The notes under the pieces: model-generated
What the model was told of the DNA's origin: nothing
Databases searched by the model: none
Seen by the model: the letters and a program-made list of their open reading frames with translations, nothing else
In this document: positions 59,773 to 64,000 of the stretch, piece after piece
Position numbering within the stretch: the stretch's first letter is position 1
How the letters are laid out: every line of letters begins with the position of its first letter
Source: Balanoglossus misakiensis
Taxonomy: Eukaryota; Animalia; Hemichordata
Assembly (NCBI GenBank): GCA_040954595.2
Contig: CM082592.2
Span: 2,232,001-2,296,000 of the forward strand
DNA: 64,000 nt
Reading direction: 5' to 3'
Position numbers and translations under genes: made by a program

Positions 59773-61539
59773 AGTAAACTGCAAATGAACATGGTCGCCA
59801 CCGTGAAAATATGCTAGAAACAAGGAAAACGTTGCATTTCCCACTATAAAATTTCATAAACAAAGCATGATCTCATCCACTACAATTATGGAAGTAAATG
59901 TACTCTGCTGGGACATTACATTTTCATTTTTGATCGCAATATTGCAAAATTTTCGATTTTCTTTAACTTTTGGCCATTTTGTCATAAATAAGTGATCTTG
60001 ATATACTATTATGAAATATCATTTAATAGACATAATTCAAAGGATATCTGGGATTATTTAAAACTTAAAATTTTTATCCAGTTGCAGCTCATGTGCCTTT
60101 AATCTAATCCTGAATGTTGATCTCCCCCCCCCCCCCCACCAATATCGAAAACAGAGGAATGGCATAAACAAAAGATCAGCTGATTGCAGTCAATCCATGT
60201 ACTGTGCATTTCTAGTATCATATTCAAACATCAGGAAATAAATAATGAAGGTTTATTAACGCAAGTGAAAATATATTAAGGGTTCTGCTGAAATATATCT
60301 GAAAAAGTTTTGATTTTTGTGAAATCTTGGTGAGGACTCAGGCAATATTTGCATTCATTAGTGTTCTCAGGAAAGTTCACGTATACGGGCGCTCAGAAGG
60401 TTGCAATACATAAACAAACTCGCCCTCGATCGACCCTCCATACTGCGTAGACAACATGACAGTGACAATTGCGGCATAACTTTTTACGTAAAACTTCGCT
60501 GACATGACTGCCTGGTACATGGTTCAGGGTATGTATGGTGAACGAATGTCAAATCCAGTATCATTGAGAGGTTTGCTTTACGTGTGGGACCGAGCCATGT
60601 TGAAAAGAGCAGATGACATGTAGTGCCGCATTAGGAAGAAAAAAATAAACAAATCGCTAGTCAAGGTCATATTTGAAATTAATAAATATCGCAGTACATT
60701 GTATTTATTCTGTGAATGTTTGCATTTCTTTTTTAGCCCTTAATATGTTCGCATTGTTTGAAAGCTCCGTTATTCAGTCAGAAATTGTCCACGTCTGGCT
60801 GGTTCTTGAGTGTGTCGCGCGTCCACGTCATAACACGATACATTATCTGTAATAATTTACAGCTATGACGTCACAAAATTCACTTGATAAAGCTATAATA
60901 TTAAATATATTACATGTATATCGATGTTGAGGGGCCTTAGTGATGTCCAAAAGAACCTATAATTATGTAAATTTTATGGAAATTAGCCCCGACACTATGA
61001 TTATTCCCAGGGAGAACCCTGTCCTGATATATTGTCCCCCGAAAATATGATTTGTCCCCCTTTATAACCTGCTGCGGGTCACAATGTCCCCATGCTTCAC
61101 AGTACAATATTTTACCCACAATTCTCCATGATTTGTATATTTGAACGTTGCCCATTTAATAACTTTTTCTGTTTTACATGCTAACAATGATATGAAGTAC
61201 ATATAAATTTATTTATTTTTATCTAGGAAAAGTATGTTGAACAATTAATAGTGTGAAAATTTCAAAATCAAAATTAGAAGCCATAGGAATCTAGATATTC
61301 ATGTACTGCAAATGTCACACTTTAGGGGAAACAAGCAATGACTAACTGAGGTGGCCAGTCTCTGTTGAAAGTTAACATGTAAATTTCCTTTGTTCTGTCA
61401 ATAGAAAAATCAATTTTTGTTTGATTAAACGGGTATTTCAAGTGTCCCTGTTTACTTCAAACTTTTTTGTATAGCTAGCTATGCAATTGCTTGATTATTT
61501 TATAAAATTAGTATCTCCTCTCTCAATAATGCATAATTT

Positions 61540-64000
61540 TAAAAATACCGTCAAGGACACTGTGGTCCCATTTGAGGACATAGCACATAGCAATAAGCAT
61601 ATCTGCCCTGGATGCAAAGATATGGAAAAGTAGGTCAAAGGTCACCTGAGGGCATGCAAAATTTGGGCAAGAAATTTTGACCCTATACTGGTCCATATTC
61701 AACAAAAACCAAACCTATAGCCCTATTGGTTAGCCTGGAATTAGGTATGCACATAATTAATGAGATATGCAGGTGTCACAGGTGAACCCCAATTTTGACT
61801 TTTCAATTTTAGTCCCAACCCTCCAAATGCGAAGTCTGTACCTGCTCTGGATGCCAAGATATGATAAAGTAGGTCAAAGGTCACCTGAGGTCATGCAAAA
61901 TTTGGGCAAGAAATTTTGACCTTATACTGGTCCATGTTCAACAAAAACCAAACCTAAAGCCTTATTGGTTAGCCTGGAATTAGGTATGCACATAATTAAT
62001 GAGATATGCAGGTGTCACAGGTGACCCCCAATTTTGGCTTTTCAATTTTAGTCCCAACCCTCCAAACGCCAAGTCTGTACCTGCTCTGGATGCCGAGATA
62101 TAGGAAAGTAGGTCAAAGGTCACCTGAGGTCACCCAAAATTTTGGCAAGAAATTTTGACCCTATACTGGTCCATGTCCCACAAGAACGAAACCTCTAGCC
62201 CTATTAGTTAGCCCGGAATTAGGTATGCACATAATTAATGTGTAAAGCAGGTGTTACAGGTGAGCCCAAAAATTTGCCTTTTATTTTGGCCCCATTGTGC
62301 TCACTGACCAATAGACAGTCACTGTACAGGACTATTGCACAGACCAGAATTCCACAATAAGACGTGGACATAGCTTAACCATAGAGGTATAAGTAAAGGT
62401 ATAAATTTAATAAAAAGACTAAAAAATTCATAAAAAATAAAACATCCATGATATCAACTTAACACTTACAGGTCGGTGTGAGGTTGACATAAGGTACATG
62501 CATACCAATTTTCAAAGCAATCTGACCAGTAATTGTTGACTTACAGAGTTTTGATAAATTTTACATTTTACAAGCTAATTTGCATATTTTTGGGCCTGGC
62601 AACTTCGTTTGGACAAACTCCCATCTACAGCCCTGCCTGCACCTACACACCAAATATTGAGGTGATACGCGCAGCGGTTTTCAAGTTTTTGATGTGGACG
62701 GACATACAGACATACATCCATACATCCATCCATCCATCCATCCATCCATACATACATACAGACGCAACCCATCCCATAAGGTCCCATGGTATATAGGCCT
62801 ATACCAATGGGACCTAAAAATAATTTGAAATGGTTATTCACAGTAAGATTTGCCTTAAAAGTACGATCTCGAACTTGGTATTAGTGATCTACAATTCTCT
62901 GTTCACATGTGCACTTTGCCTGGTTTGACAGAGGAATATCTGTTGGTACAAATCAGAATGAATCATGAGATATTTCTAGTACTGTGTGCTTTCAAAAGCT
63001 GGCTGAAACACTGATAATATACCAATTTGCTTGTTAATTTGAGGAATTTTACCTGGTGAAATAACAATTTGTATTTTTATCTGTCTAGCTGAATTTTGGT
63101 GATTATCATTATGCTCCATATTTGCCTTTGTACTTTTACAAATATTTTAATCGAGGTTGAAGACATGTAACACCACTAATATGTAGATTTTTATGTATTT
63201 GATAATAAACAGAGGTCGCGATAACATTTTTTTGAGTGTGTATTTTTGATGCAATCATAAAAAAATAGCGTCAAGGACACTGTGGTCCCATTTGAGGATT
63301 ATGCGGAAACAGTGACACACCAGAATAAAAAGTACAGGTGACATTGCAAGCAGATCTGCAAGCAGCAATATCGGGCCCAAGCCAACATAGCACATAGCAA
63401 TAAGCATATCTGCTCTGGATGCCAAGATATGGAAAAGTAGGTCAAAGGTCACCTGAGGTTATGCAAAATTTGGGGAAGAAATTTTGACCCTATACTGGTC
63501 CATGTTCAACAAAAACCAAACCTATAGCCCTATTGGTTAGCCTGGAATTAGGTATGCACATAATTAATGAGATATGCAGGTGTCACAGGTGACCCCAAAT
63601 TTTGGCTTTTCAATTTTAGTCCCAACCCTCCAAACGCCAAGTCTGTACCTGCTCTGGATGCCGAGATATAGGAAAGTAGGTCAAAGGTCACCTGAGGTCA
63701 CCCAAAATTTGGGCAAGAAATTTTGACCCTATACTGGTCCATGTCCCACAAGAACGAAACCTCTAGCCCTATTAGTTACCCCGGAATTAGGTATGCACAT
63801 AATTAATGTGTTAAGCAGGTGTTACAGGTGAGCCCAAAATTTTGCCTTTTATTTTGGCCCCATTGTGCTCACTGACCAATAGACAGTCACTGTACAGGAC
63901 TATTGCACAGACCAGAATTCCACAATAAGACTTGGACATAGCTTAACCATAGAGGTATAAGTAAAGGTATAAATTTAATAAAAAGACTAAAAAATTCATA
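61540..64000 (+). mobile_element. Two tandem HINE-like units related to 10880-15437 (61540-62818 and 63260->64000)
   Basis: Shared aggtcaaaggtcacctgagg and ~240-bp internal subrepeats; ctgcaagcagcaatatcgggcccaagc at 63356; hairpin at 62779-62816; the same leader (aaaatagcgtcaaggacactgtggtcccattt) occurs at 48232. Confidence 0.75.

Overview
Eukaryotic, AT-rich, transposon-saturated DNA from an animal. GT-AG introns, a TRAPPC4 fragment, a C2H2 zinc-finger remnant and hevein-like exon modules suggest a marine invertebrate (inference). The first ~15.4 kb hold an apparently intact Helentron/Helitron2 ORF (OTU protease, HUH Rep, PIF1 helicase, AP-like endonuclease; frame open off the left edge). 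It is followed by three stacked ~1.5-kb terminal-type units whose end hairpins differ in sequence but keep pairing. Next come a 126-bp tandem array, the 3' exons of a Cys-rich hevein/CBM18-like gene, a decayed DIRS/Ngaro-type retroelement, an L2/CR1 3' end, and a Gmr1-type Gypsy element (integrase before RT, tRNA-Pro PBS, integrase core deleted). Further right lie a non-autonomous AcademH-like element with a triplicated promoter/start and a RecQ-helicase stub, a C2H2 pseudogene, hAT (ZNF862-like) and THAP remnants, and a 5'-truncated intron-containing TRAPPC4 copy broken by a frameshift and a MITE. The last 7 kb contain a nested ~4-kb inverted duplication and more Helentron-associated (HINE-like) units. 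Many nested MITEs occur throughout. No CRISPR array, rRNA or tRNA gene was seen. All family assignments come from motif recognition, not database searches.
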